Origin: a virus
IMG/VR virus record: IMGVR_UViG_3300034198_017016
Span: 7,595 to 71,594 of that record
Direction: 5' to 3' (one strand)
DNA: 64,000 nucleotides
The notes under the pieces: generated by a model
The model's database searches: none
What the model was told of the DNA's origin: nothing
The model's input: the letters and a program-made list of their open reading frames with translations, nothing else
Shown: positions 39,416-48,431 of the stretch, piece by piece
How the letters are laid out: the number at the start of each line of letters is the position of its first letter
Numbering within the stretch: position 1 is the first letter of the stretch
Position numbers and translations under genes: made by a program

Positions 39416-40246
39416 ATGGGAAAATCTAGAAAACCAAGTAAAAGTAAAAAACCTACTAAGACTAAAAAAATTAATATTAAAATTAAACCAAAAAATAAGG
39501 CGTATTATGGGTGGACACCTGATACTCCTGACCATCGCGATTTAATGTTTTCTTTACCAAAGAAAATGAAAAAATTACCTGCTAAGGTAGATTTAAGAAT
39601 GGAAGAATTACCAATTTTCGATCAAGGTGCATTGGGTAGTTGTACTGCAAATGCTATCTCTTCTGCATTTGCGTTTAGTGTTCTTAAACAAAAAGAAGAA
39701 ACATTTTATGTACCATCACGTTTATTTATTTATTATAATGAGCGTTTAATGGAGGGTACTGTAAATCAAGATAGTGGTGCAATGTTAAGAGATGGTATTA
39801 AATCGGTTAATAAGGTTGGTGTTTGTACTGAAGATAGTTGGCCATATGTAATAACAAAATTTACTAATAAACCGACCGACCTTTGTTATAAAGAGGCTTC
39901 AGGAAATAAGGCAATAAAATATGAACGTTTGAGTCGATCACTTTATGATTTTAAATCGTGTTTAGCATCTGGTTTACCTTTTGTTGGCGGTTTTGCGGTA
40001 TATGAAAGTTTTGAATCTCGTGAAGTAAGTAAAACAGGTATGATGCCAATGCCCAAGAAAAACGAAAAATTTTATGGGGGGCACGCAATTTTAGTTATGG
40101 GTTATGATGATAGTATTGGTTGTTTTATCGTAAGAAATTCATGGGGAAAGAAATGGGGAGATAACGGTCATTTTTTTATGCCATATGAATATCTTTTGGA
40201 TAGAAATTTGTCAGATGACTTTTGGGTCATACAAAAAGTATCATAA
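39416..40246 (+). CDS. papain-like cysteine peptidase (C1 family)
   Basis: DQGALGSCTANA, GGHAIL, RNSWG; Lys-rich N-terminus. Confidence 0.92.
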   Translation: MGKSRKPSKSKKPTKTKKINIKIKPKNKAYYGWTPDTPDHRDLMFSLPKKMKKLPAKVDLRMEELPIFDQGALGSCTANAISSAFAFSVLKQKEETFYVPSRLFIYYNERLMEGTVNQDSGAMLRDGIKSVNKVGVCTEDSWPYVITKFTNKPTDLCYKEASGNKAIKYERLSRSLYDFKSCLASGLPFVGGFAVYESFESREVSKTGMMPMPKKNEKFYGGHAILVMGYDDSIGCFIVRNSWGKKWGDNGHFFMPYEYLLDRNLSDDFWVIQKVS

Positions 40247-40251
40247 AATAT

Positions 40252-40277
40252 AAAGGGGGTTTTAACCCCCTTTTTTT
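40252..40277. terminator. bidirectional terminator
   Basis: AAAGGGGGTT-TT-AACCCCCTTT between convergent genes. Confidence 0.8.
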
Positions 40278-41685
40278 ATTTATCCATTTGAAAATAATCG
40301 ACTATACTACCATTAGATCTAATATGATAGTATGTAAGTCTATCTCTACCACCCGTACCTATACCAGGTTCAATGTCAATAATTCCAGAACCCAAAAACT
40401 GACCTGTGTTACCATTTAAAAAATTAGTTGTAGGCAAACCTGTACTACAACACATTAGTCCACCATAAAGACCACTAACAGTATAATATCCCGTATTACC
40501 GTTGCCTTGAACAATATGAACTGCCCCATAGTAAGTATTAGTCTTAACATATGGAGATCCTGTTGCACTTGGAAAGGCCGCATTAGGTCCTCTACCATAA
40601 CTACCAACATACGGAGGCCAAACGTTTGTTGCGTTATTAAATGGTGTTGATGAATTTCCTGTATAATCATGAAAAAACCAAGTCCTGTAATAGTTATGGT
40701 CGTGACCATATAAAACTAAATCAACATCACCTTGATTTAAAATTGGTACAAATCTGTCTCTAAAATTTGTACCATATGGCTCCCCATTAGTATATGTAGA
40801 GTGTCCGGCATTACTAAAGGCGGGAAAATGACAAATTACTATTAACCATTTTTTTCTACCTGCCAATTTTTCTTTATTATAAAAATCAATTTCATTTATT
40901 AACCATCTCATCTGAAAAGAATTGGATGCAACGGTTTCCGAAGGATCGTCACTTGTTGAGGCATGGTACGCATCTAATGATATAAAATGTATATTACCGT
41001 AATCCCAAGAATAAAATCTAGGGTTAAATGGAGCAATTCCGCCTGATTCAGTATATCTTGAATATCCAAAATAGTTAAAACAAACACTATTTGACATTGG
41101 ATTAAAACTAGGATTTTGACCATAATCGTGATTACCTTGGGCAATTATTAAATTTGTATTTTGTAATAAATTTGTCCAATTATCAAAAAAACTAGCAGGG
41201 TATTCACCAATAGTCCCATTACTATAAGCATTATCCCCAATAGAGATAAACCCGTCTACTCTACCGTTACCATTAGGATATGTTGCGTCAAAATTATAAA
41301 AATTATTTAATAAGGTGGCGCTTGTGACAACTCCACCATCTGCCAATACCCAAAAACGTCTTTTTGCTGAATTATCACCAATTGAAGGTGCAGTCCAAAA
41401 AAATAAATTATTAGAGGCGGGAGTTAATGCGGCACCTATTGTACCTACGGTATAAAAATATTTAGTTAAAGGAGATAAACCACTAACTCTAACTTGATGT
41501 AAATATCTGGCTAAAGGACCATTTAATATGGGTGCGGTAGTACTCCTATATGATTGAGTTAAACTATTACTAGCAGTTCCAATTTTAACCTCACTACTAG
41601 AACTACTAGCTGCGTCGGTTGTCCAACAAATTAGAAGATCTCTTCTTGATGTGTTTATTATATAAGGTCCATCTAATAAAGCCAT
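40276..41685 (-). CDS. purple acid phosphatase-like metallophosphoesterase with N-terminal FN3 domain
   Basis: ADGG, GDNAY, GNHD, CHFP, GHDH; HQVRVSGLSPLTKYFYTVG. Confidence 0.88.
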   Translation of the reverse strand: MALLDGPYIINTSRRDLLICWTTDAASSSSSEVKIGTASNSLTQSYRSTTAPILNGPLARYLHQVRVSGLSPLTKYFYTVGTIGAALTPASNNLFFWTAPSIGDNSAKRRFWVLADGGVVTSATLLNNFYNFDATYPNGNGRVDGFISIGDNAYSNGTIGEYPASFFDNWTNLLQNTNLIIAQGNHDYGQNPSFNPMSNSVCFNYFGYSRYTESGGIAPFNPRFYSWDYGNIHFISLDAYHASTSDDPSETVASNSFQMRWLINEIDFYNKEKLAGRKKWLIVICHFPAFSNAGHSTYTNGEPYGTNFRDRFVPILNQGDVDLVLYGHDHNYYRTWFFHDYTGNSSTPFNNATNVWPPYVGSYGRGPNAAFPSATGSPYVKTNTYYGAVHIVQGNGNTGYYTVSGLYGGLMCCSTGLPTTNFLNGNTGQFLGSGIIDIEPGIGTGGRDRLTYYHIRSNGSIVDYFQMDK

Positions 41686-41717
41686 AATATTTCCTTTTTA
41701 TTTATAAATATCATAAT

Positions 41718-41752
41718 AAAAAAATAAGGGTGACCTTTTGGATCACCCTTAT
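41718..41752 (-). terminator. terminator after the major capsid gene
   Basis: ATAAGGGTGA-9nt-TCACCCTTAT stem with a T tract on the minus strand. Confidence 0.8.
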
Positions 41753-41774
41753 AATTTATTGACTATTTAAAGAA

Positions 41775-43583
41775 TTAACGTAATTCTCTAACATCAAATG
41801 TTACGATACCATCAACGTTGATCGCCGCATAGAAACGGTTGTTAACCATTTTCTTAGCGTAACGAGTCATAATACCTTTAACAGGTGCAAAGTTGAATGG
41901 ATTGTACATTGTAGGTGTCAATTGGAGAGGTACATACGGAGCGTAAATGTAACCGGTATCCAACAACGACTTACCTTTGTGACCGATAATGATCGAGCCA
42001 GCAGGTGCGTATGGATCACGATATACTGTGTAACGACCACCTAATGAACCAACTCTCTCAATACCCATGTTATACTGATCTTGTTCAGGAGCAGCATTAG
42101 ATACGTGGAAATACTCAAGGTCATCAAAAATTGCAGATACTTCAGAAGATACTACGATGAAGTTTGCACCACCACGTAATGTCGACTTGTGAATCTGAGC
42201 CGAAGCTTGGTTGATCTTTGTGATAAGAGTTTGATTCCACTCTTTTTGGGTATAAGGTGTAGCTGCGGTAGACACACGCTTCCAACCGTTATAATCCCAA
42301 CGTAATTGCCATGCCGCACCTTTACGTAAGTCACGTAAGATTTCACGATCGATTTCAGCCGCAACTTGTTCTGACAATAAAGCAGTTAATTCAGCCTCTG
42401 CATCGATATTATGGAATGCAGATACGTCTTGTGCAAGTTCAGGTGACCATGTTGCTCTCAATTTACGTTCTGTAACAGATACAACTACTTCATCAAGTTT
42501 GAAGGATACTTCACCCATTTCAGAAGATAATTCAAGAGTTGCATATTGTCTCCAAGTAACAACGAATGAACCACCAGAAAGTGTTGTGCTAGAAACTGCA
42601 CCTACATATCCATCGATTCTACCTGTGGTACAATCTACACATGCAGGGTGAGTCAAATCTAACTCGATATACATTTCACCACCTGCGGTACAAATGTCTT
42701 TAGAGTTATCATTGTAAGAAGAATAACCATAATCCGCAATACCACGACCATAACGTTGTGTTACTACGCGGAAAGGAACTGAACCTAAAGAGGCAACAAT
42801 TGCCTTACCATCAGGATCATTAATCGCACCGGCAGCTGCAGTTCTGTAAACGGTCAATGACGCTAAGAAAGCTTCAGTGTCCATTTCATTACCATCAGGA
42901 CCAGTTAAACGACCTTGGTTTGTTGTGCTGAAACCAGCAAGTTTTAAAATTACACTACGAACTGAATTGTCTGCTGCGAGAGGGAATCCACTGTTTGCAG
43001 TAACAAAGTTAGAACAATCAGAAGACCATACTACAGAAGTAGGTGTGTAAGTTACTAATGTAAATGCACCTTTAGAGTGATCATAAAGACCATCATTATA
43101 GAAAATGTCATAAAGGTTTTTACAGAACTCAGAGAATGTAGTATCTGTACAGTTAGTATTTACACAATTAGGTAAATTCTTTTTCGCAATAGATGTGTGT
43201 GTACCAGCAGTTGCATTACCATAAGCATCGTAACCACCAACTTCTCTCTGAGAAGTAACAGGTACGAAGTAAAATAATTTACCGATAGGCATGTTAAGTG
43301 CTTGTACCGATACGATATCGTTAGCTAACAATTTAGAGAAAACACGTCTTACGATTGGGAATACTACGGTTTCAAATGCACCTGAAGAAGTTGCAGTTGT
43401 AGATTCATTCAAAAGTACAGAAGCTGTGTTTTCATAAAGTTGAGCGATGTTTTCTTTCAAGTGTCCGTTAAGACCTTTCAAGAATCCTAATTGATCCCAT
43501 TTTGCAATGGTTTTTTGGCGTATTTGGCGGAGGTGCTCAAGACCTATGTTACCAACTTCACCAGAGTTAATTAAATTTCCCAT
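41775..43583 (-). CDS. major capsid protein (T4 gp23-like)
   Basis: PIVRRVF, DIVSVQ, RKLRATWSPELAQD, IDAEAEL...EIDREI, GYIYAPYVPL, GIMTRY. Confidence 0.95.
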   Translation of the reverse strand: MGNLINSGEVGNIGLEHLRQIRQKTIAKWDQLGFLKGLNGHLKENIAQLYENTASVLLNESTTATSSGAFETVVFPIVRRVFSKLLANDIVSVQALNMPIGKLFYFVPVTSQREVGGYDAYGNATAGTHTSIAKKNLPNCVNTNCTDTTFSEFCKNLYDIFYNDGLYDHSKGAFTLVTYTPTSVVWSSDCSNFVTANSGFPLAADNSVRSVILKLAGFSTTNQGRLTGPDGNEMDTEAFLASLTVYRTAAAGAINDPDGKAIVASLGSVPFRVVTQRYGRGIADYGYSSYNDNSKDICTAGGEMYIELDLTHPACVDCTTGRIDGYVGAVSSTTLSGGSFVVTWRQYATLELSSEMGEVSFKLDEVVVSVTERKLRATWSPELAQDVSAFHNIDAEAELTALLSEQVAAEIDREILRDLRKGAAWQLRWDYNGWKRVSTAATPYTQKEWNQTLITKINQASAQIHKSTLRGGANFIVVSSEVSAIFDDLEYFHVSNAAPEQDQYNMGIERVGSLGGRYTVYRDPYAPAGSIIIGHKGKSLLDTGYIYAPYVPLQLTPTMYNPFNFAPVKGIMTRYAKKMVNNRFYAAINVDGIVTFDVRELR

Positions 43584-43613
43584 GTTATTTTTTTATTTTT
43601 TAGGAATTTGTTA

Positions 43614-45080
43614 TTATTTTCTATTATCTAATTTATCCATCAAATCGTGGATCTTAGATATTTGAGGATCTACATATACCTTAGACTCAATCAAAGTATC
43701 AGAAGAACCTTTGGTCAAAGACTCATTGATTTTCTTTTCAACTTTTTCAGAGATAGGTTTTCTATCCTTCAATTCATTCGTTATTGTTTTGTAAAGGCGC
43801 TTAGATTCTTTAAGTGTAACTGCCTCCTCATCAAATCTTTTCATAATTGCAGTTTTTTCTGTTTTTGTTGTTGCATGTTCCATGAACAATTTAACTGCAT
43901 GTGTTAAATTTGAATTGAATAAAGCAATTTCGCTTAATTTATCACGAAATACTTTTAACGCATCTTTTGTTTGTGAATATTTGTCTTTTAATTCTTTGTA
44001 CTCTTTAATTACTTTTTTGTACTCAGATTTAACTGACTCATCCATACGGCTAGATGGATAATTTTGGGGATGTATAGCAACTTTACGACGATCTGCCATA
44101 GTTCTTCTAGTACCTTCGTCATGACCTTTCCACATTCCTTCATCTGAATCTTCTTCAGAATCAAATTCATCTTCTTCAGAGTCAAATTCATCTTCTTCAG
44201 AATCATCATACTCACTACCAACATGCTTAGGTTTAGGCATATCTTCAATTTGACTGATTAAATCATCATAATCGTCGTCATCGTCATCGTCAAAAGTAAT
44301 TTCGTAAATTGGTTCTTGACTTTCATCTTCTTGCCAACCACACTCATCACATTTTGACTCATCTTCGTCACCATATGACATAGATTCATCTTCATCGTCT
44401 TCCATGTACTTTTTCATTTCATCGTAAGACATAGATTCATCTTCATCATCAGTATGATTCATCATCTCATCATAAGACATGGTTTCATCCTCATCTTCAT
44501 AACCCATCGATTCATCCATTTTAATCATGTACTCGGCACCGGTTTTTTTATCTTTTAGATCGACATTATTACCTGTTTTTACAACTTCGATCTCATCATT
44601 ATCGCTCATCTTTTTAAATACAGAGATTAACTCATGATCAGATGCACTTGTCATATCAACAACTTCGGTGTCATCAGTTTCAGGTTCTTCAGTAGAAAGA
44701 TCCATTTCCATGTCTTCCATACCTTCCATACCTTCTTCACCTGATTCTTCCTCAGATTCTTCAGATTCTTCCTCAGATTCTTCAGATTCTTCCTCAGATT
44801 CTTCACCTGATTCTTCACCTGATTCTTCTTCAGAATCTTCCATTTGTTCATCCATAACCATAGTACTTGATTCGTCTTCAGATGATTCCATCTGACTTTC
44901 TTCTTCAAGCTCTTCTTCCTCGTTAGCCGACTCATCTCCTTCATAAAGGGACGCTTTCACCATCTCATCAATGTCTTGCTTCATAGTTGCTGCAAGTATT
45001 TCTTTTGAGTTTCTTTTTAAGGCTTCTTCGAGTTGTTTTGCTTCCAAAAGAGCTTCTTCTACAATCGATTTTTTTGCCAT
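43614..45080 (-). CDS. prohead core scaffold protein (gp22-like)
   Basis: very acidic, coiled-coil C-terminus, lies between protease and MCP. Confidence 0.8.
   Translation of the reverse strand: MAKKSIVEEALLEAKQLEEALKRNSKEILAATMKQDIDEMVKASLYEGDESANEEEELEEESQMESSEDESSTMVMDEQMEDSEEESGEESGEESEEESEESEEESEESEEESGEEGMEGMEDMEMDLSTEEPETDDTEVVDMTSASDHELISVFKKMSDNDEIEVVKTGNNVDLKDKKTGAEYMIKMDESMGYEDEDETMSYDEMMNHTDDEDESMSYDEMKKYMEDDEDESMSYGDEDESKCDECGWQEDESQEPIYEITFDDDDDDDYDDLISQIEDMPKPKHVGSEYDDSEEDEFDSEEDEFDSEEDSDEGMWKGHDEGTRRTMADRRKVAIHPQNYPSSRMDESVKSEYKKVIKEYKELKDKYSQTKDALKVFRDKLSEIALFNSNLTHAVKLFMEHATTKTEKTAIMKRFDEEAVTLKESKRLYKTITNELKDRKPISEKVEKKINESLTKGSSDTLIESKVYVDPQISKIHDLMDKLDNRK
44743..44829. 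repeat. intragenic tandem repeat in the scaffold gene
   Basis: three perfect copies of GATTCTTCCTCAGATTCTTCA (44743-44805) then 12-bp CCTGATTCTTCA units, encoding EES/EESG runs. Confidence 0.85.
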
Positions 45081-45216
45081 TTTTTTAATTTTTAATTTTT
45101 TATTTATTATTAAATTATTTTAACTCACCTATAGTGAGGTTCTTACGAATAAATATATTGAAAAATGCGAAAATTTAGATTTTTAAAATAAAAAACTTTA
45201 TTTTTTGTGAAAAAAG

Positions 45217-45927
45217 TTATATTATACCAAGAAAAGAATCTAAACTATTTTTTAAATCTTTGTTTTCAATTAAATTTTGTTTTTTTATTGTACCTTCCAT
45301 AAAAGGTCTAGCCTCTTCTTCACTATTGAAAATATACGAACCAGGTGTACTTGGTTGGGTAACTACATCCCAACAAATTAAATCAAAATCAGGTTGTACT
45401 ATATTTTTACCATCTTTCTTTTCTAAAGACCCAACTCCTCTTGATGAAACACCTATTCTAATTCCTTTTCTAAGTAAATTTGCAATTCTATCTCCCTTAG
45501 AAGAAGCAATACCATAATTAACAAAACCGGGTGTCATTATAATTTCAATTTTACCCATTAAGGTATTACCATCCCACCACATTTCTTTTATCTCATGAGA
45601 TACATCATCAACGGTAATTATAGACGTTTCGGGGTGATCGGATACTCCAATACCTCTTCGTTCTTTAATTGCCTGTTCATATTTTTTTGCCTCTCTTTTT
45701 AATATTTCTTCAGGATATATTCTACCATTCCTATTTTCTACATTACATTTTTGTAAAACTGCAATTAAAATTAAAGGTTCTTCAATAATTGCACTACCCG
45801 AACCTAATTTTTGCATTTCAGAAACAAATTTTTTATTTTCTTTTGGTTCTATATATCCCGCATCTTGTTCAATCATCATCCCATACCCTATTTGACCGGG
45901 TAATAATAATTTGATTTTATCTAACAT
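45217..45927 (-). CDS. prohead protease (T4 gp21-like)
   Basis: NRNGRIYP, DHP, VSH, GVSSRGVGS, WDVV..PSTP. Confidence 0.93.
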   Translation of the reverse strand: MLDKIKLLLPGQIGYGMMIEQDAGYIEPKENKKFVSEMQKLGSGSAIIEEPLILIAVLQKCNVENRNGRIYPEEILKREAKKYEQAIKERRGIGVSDHPETSIITVDDVSHEIKEMWWDGNTLMGKIEIIMTPGFVNYGIASSKGDRIANLLRKGIRIGVSSRGVGSLEKKDGKNIVQPDFDLICWDVVTQPSTPGSYIFNSEEEARPFMEGTIKKQNLIENKDLKNSLDSFLGII

Positions 45928-45989
45928 ATGTTAAGTTTTTTAATAAATATAAGCATTAATTAAAATATTTATTATTTAAACTAAACACC

Positions 45990-47102
45990 ATGAAAAAACT
46001 AGCAAAAAGAAAAATTATACTTAACTTAGGAATTATTGGACTTTTAGGATTAATTTGTTTATTTTTAATACAGTGCAATAAAAATGATGATATAATACAA
46101 AATGATATTAATAATACCGTTACAGAAATTAATAATATGCAAACGTCAGATGATAAAATAATGAATCCTGGTCCCGATCCATTATTTGTTGATTATGACG
46201 AAAATGATGGTCGTACTAATTTAAGAGTTGGTAATCCTTTTGTAGTTAAAGCAGGATCTGCTTGGGAAAGGTATATGTATATTGATAAGACAGATACTAT
46301 ATACTCAAACACTACTGCAACAAAAAGATTGGCAAAGTACTTAAAAAAGTATGGTTTTACTGGTGTTTATTTATATAGTACTTCAGGTATTTTATCATCG
46401 ACATCAAATTACACTAACTTTTCAAATTTTATAAAAACATTAAGTGATAGTGGAATTGTTTATAAGTCCGTAGTAAGTGGAAGTGCAACCGCATTTCAAA
46501 GCACGGGTAATGTAACAAAATATAATATTTCTCAAACCGATTCTTATAGAAAAATTAATAGAGCGAATCTTGAACTTGAATGGTGGAATAATGCCTCTTC
46601 TTGGAGTACTTGGAATACCATCAATCAACAAGTCGATGCAGGAACAATTTCTGATAATGATTTTTATGAAGGATGGTATTTAAATATGGGAGGTACAATA
46701 GATACCGTAGCTGCGAGAGACCAAGTAAGATATTCTAACAGAATCTTGTTACACGATTATGTTAATGGTATTCCTACTTATTCTTACGCAAATGCAAAAT
46801 CCTCTGGCGCGACGGGCGGCAGATTGGATATAATAGCAATGGGAGCTAGACAATCAAATAAAATGATAGATCTTTACATCATCATTTCTTCTGAGAACAC
46901 CGCATGGGGTGCTGCCAATACCTTTACAGGTCCGGCACTTGCATCTGCATCATCTCAGTCTAACCCCTATGAATATATAGAGACACAAGCCTATAATAAC
47001 ATATATGGGGGTATGACAACGTTTCAGAAGCAATGGATAAGATTCCGAGGCTTTGTGTGGTTTACTAAACGTTTCTGTTATGCTGCGATTCCCCCGCAAT
47101 AA
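45990..47102 (+). CDS. putative lipoprotein with glycoside-hydrolase-like barrel
   Basis: basic N-terminus, hydrophobic stretch, LIQC then NKNDD; NLELEWW, ILLHDY. Confidence 0.5.
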   Translation: MKKLAKRKIILNLGIIGLLGLICLFLIQCNKNDDIIQNDINNTVTEINNMQTSDDKIMNPGPDPLFVDYDENDGRTNLRVGNPFVVKAGSAWERYMYIDKTDTIYSNTTATKRLAKYLKKYGFTGVYLYSTSGILSSTSNYTNFSNFIKTLSDSGIVYKSVVSGSATAFQSTGNVTKYNISQTDSYRKINRANLELEWWNNASSWSTWNTINQQVDAGTISDNDFYEGWYLNMGGTIDTVAARDQVRYSNRILLHDYVNGIPTYSYANAKSSGATGGRLDIIAMGARQSNKMIDLYIIISSENTAWGAANTFTGPALASASSQSNPYEYIETQAYNNIYGGMTTFQKQWIRFRGFVWFTKRFCYAAIPPQ

Positions 47103-47115
47103 TAACAAATAACAA

Positions 47116-47374
47116 ATGAAAAAATTAAAAGTTATTTTTAGTACAATTAAATTGTTTGCATTAGTAGTATCAACATTTCTACTTTCAAACAATGTGAACG
47201 CGCAAGGGCCAAGATCAACAAGGCCATCTATTACCTCGATAAGTCCAACGTCAGGACCTGAAGGTACATTAGTGACAATTGACGGTTTAAATTTTACCAC
47301 TCAATCAACTTATTATATATAGATATAATAAAAATGGTGAACCACAAGTTCGTAAAATTGTAAAAATAGATTAA
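47116..47374 (+). pseudogene. internally deleted secreted protein (signal peptide, partial IPT/TIG, out-of-frame C-terminal tail)
   Basis: signal peptide ending VNA-Q; PSITSISPTSGPEGTLVTIDGLNF stops at 47322; the +1 frame reads NQLIIYRYNKNGEPQVRKIVKID to 47374. Confidence 0.6.
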
Positions 47375-47393
47375 TAAAAAAATGGTTATAAAT

Positions 47394-47422
47394 AAAAATG
47401 GGGATCATTGATCCCCATTTTT
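47394..47422. terminator. bidirectional terminator
   Basis: AAAAATGGGGATCA-T-TGATCCCCATTTTT. Confidence 0.8.
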
Positions 47423-47848
47423 TGTTTTATTAAATTCAAATAATGAATCTTCATTGAACACATCTTTTATTAAATTATTTGAAATGTTTTTAAAATAATT
47501 TAATACATGTTCAGATCTAATAGGTAATTTAATTTCGTTTTGAAACATTGTAACTTCACAAAACATAAAACTTTTTTTACTTGTTGATATTCCTGAAGAT
47601 CTTAAATCTAAATCAACTATTGTTCTAAAGGGATCAAATATTGAACTATCCCCCTCATCAAATATTCGTTGTTTTATTCTTTTTCTTAAATTAGAAACTA
47701 TTCTTTCGTAATTGTCTTCTTCTTTTTTTGGTCTTGTCCAAGACGAAATTGTTAGAAAAATTGATTTAGGATCTTTATTGTCTATCGTACCTATTTTTAT
47801 TAAAAATCTATCATCTTCTTGTAATAAAATTTCTTTGCCTCTACTCAT
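47405..47848 (-). CDS. hypothetical protein
   Basis: ORF; likely start MSRGK at 47848. Confidence 0.7.
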   Translation of the reverse strand: MSRGKEILLQEDDRFLIKIGTIDNKDPKSIFLTISSWTRPKKEEDNYERIVSNLRKRIKQRIFDEGDSSIFDPFRTIVDLDLRSSGISTSKKSFMFCEVTMFQNEIKLPIRSEHVLNYFKNISNNLIKDVFNEDSLFEFNKTKNGDQ

Positions 47849-47900
47849 ATAATGTAAAATATAATACAATTATACGATAAACTACAAGATTTGTCAAATT

Positions 47901-48431
47901 TTAAGATAACAATTTATCTATGAAGGTTGTTAGTTTTTTTTTGATTAAACTTAGTTTTGATGTTGCGGGATCACTACCACTAATTACTTCTAAATTTTCT
48001 AAAACAGAAATCAAATATTCTAAATTTACGTAAACATATAAGGCACCATGTAACCAAGAAAAAAGAGCGTAAGCCATCAAAGATGTTATATCAGTTTTAC
48101 CGTGATATTCATTTTTAACACTATTGATAATGAATATTAAAGATACCCAAACTAATAATTTTAAACCAAATCTACTAAATCTTTTAGACTCTATTGGTAT
48201 ATTTTTAATTTTAGAAGCACTTATTCCTGTAATAAATTCCATTAAAACTAAAAGACCAAAAGATATTAAAGTTAAATATTGTAAACCGGTAAGTCTTTCA
48301 ATTACTGCAGTAATTAATGCAACTGGTATAGTTAATATAGTTAAATTATGGTGTATAGTAGATGTATAAAAATCTTCTATTCCATGATACCCAAAATTGG
48401 TTACAATGTAATTACAAAAATTTTTGATCAT
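47901..48431 (-). CDS. putative holin (toxin-secretion/phage holin family)
   Basis: about 3 TM helices; EFITGI.AS...IES.R..R..LK and EYLISVLENL motifs. Confidence 0.75.
   Translation of the reverse strand: MIKNFCNYIVTNFGYHGIEDFYTSTIHHNLTILTIPVALITAVIERLTGLQYLTLISFGLLVLMEFITGISASKIKNIPIESKRFSRFGLKLLVWVSLIFIINSVKNEYHGKTDITSLMAYALFSWLHGALYVYVNLEYLISVLENLEVISGSDPATSKLSLIKKKLTTFIDKLLS

Noticed and set aside
44743-44829. Direct repeats as a possible CRISPR array
   Set aside because: Units are contiguous with no spacers, are multiples of 3 and encode acidic runs in the scaffold
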